From contig CAYYPV010000068.1 of assembly GCA_964473665.1 (NCBI GenBank), positions 3,824 through 35,823 on the forward strand: a DNA stretch of 32,000 bases. The letters are read 5' to 3'. The stretch comes from an uncultured Candidatus Bathyarchaeia archaeon (GTDB taxonomy: Archaea > Thermoproteota > Bathyarchaeia > RBG-16-48-13 > CAYPFQ01). This document shows, piece by piece, positions 31,980 through 32,000 of the stretch. Under the pieces are notes generated by a model. That model did not search any database, had not been told where the DNA came from, and saw nothing but the letters and a program-made list of their open reading frames with translations. The position numbers were made by a program, and so were the translations under genes. Each line of letters begins with the position of its first letter. Within the stretch, counting starts at the first letter, position 1.

Positions 31980-32000
31980 TTGCTCTCAATCGAGTTGCCA

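Noticed and set aside
1-32000. A search by eye for CRISPR arrays, IS elements, integrases, or toxin-antitoxin pairs next to the tRNA clusters
   Set aside because: I saw no regularly spaced direct repeats and no transposase, integrase or recombinase-like ORF. The only recombinase-type motif is the HTH of the 128-aa protein, which lacks a catalytic domain.

Overview
The window is archaeal chromosomal DNA of roughly 40% GC by eye. Markers of archaeal origin are topoisomerase VI A and B, archaeal-type PheRS alpha and beta, TrpRS, type-2 MetAP, archaeal PPAT, a stand-alone 5S rRNA and intron-containing tRNAs. Most of the window is housekeeping: top6B and top6A, proC and proB-proA, pgk, rpiA, map, trpS and pheST. 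It also carries ten tRNA genes. Four of these hold six insertions or introns, several at non-canonical positions, a pattern best known from TACK/Thermoproteota archaea. The most interesting locus is a tightly coupled six-gene minus-strand operon at 17078-21880. It encodes four mutually paralogous small proteins, followed by a NurA-like nuclease and a HerA-like ATPase. Each paralog has a shared N-terminal module and a C-terminal winged helix, and I cannot assign them to any family I recognise. No Mre11 or Rad50 gene is nearby. A GC-rich structured 100-nt spacer lies inside the operon, and palindromes sit at its promoter. Other notable points: (1) a tRNA-Trp intron that looks like a box C/D guide aimed at C34; (2) a tRNA-Cys with a T-loop intron; (3) a pheT gene whose conserved N-terminus has no ATG, GTG or TTG start; (4) a stop-free two-TM reading frame continuing in frame past a TAA; (5) a split or relic ProB PUA domain; (6) a frameshifted cytochrome-b5-like gene; (7) a GC-rich glycosidase-like gene beside a tRNA. 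I saw no CRISPR array, transposase or integrase. All calls rest on reading the sequence and on remembered family motifs, because no searches were run.
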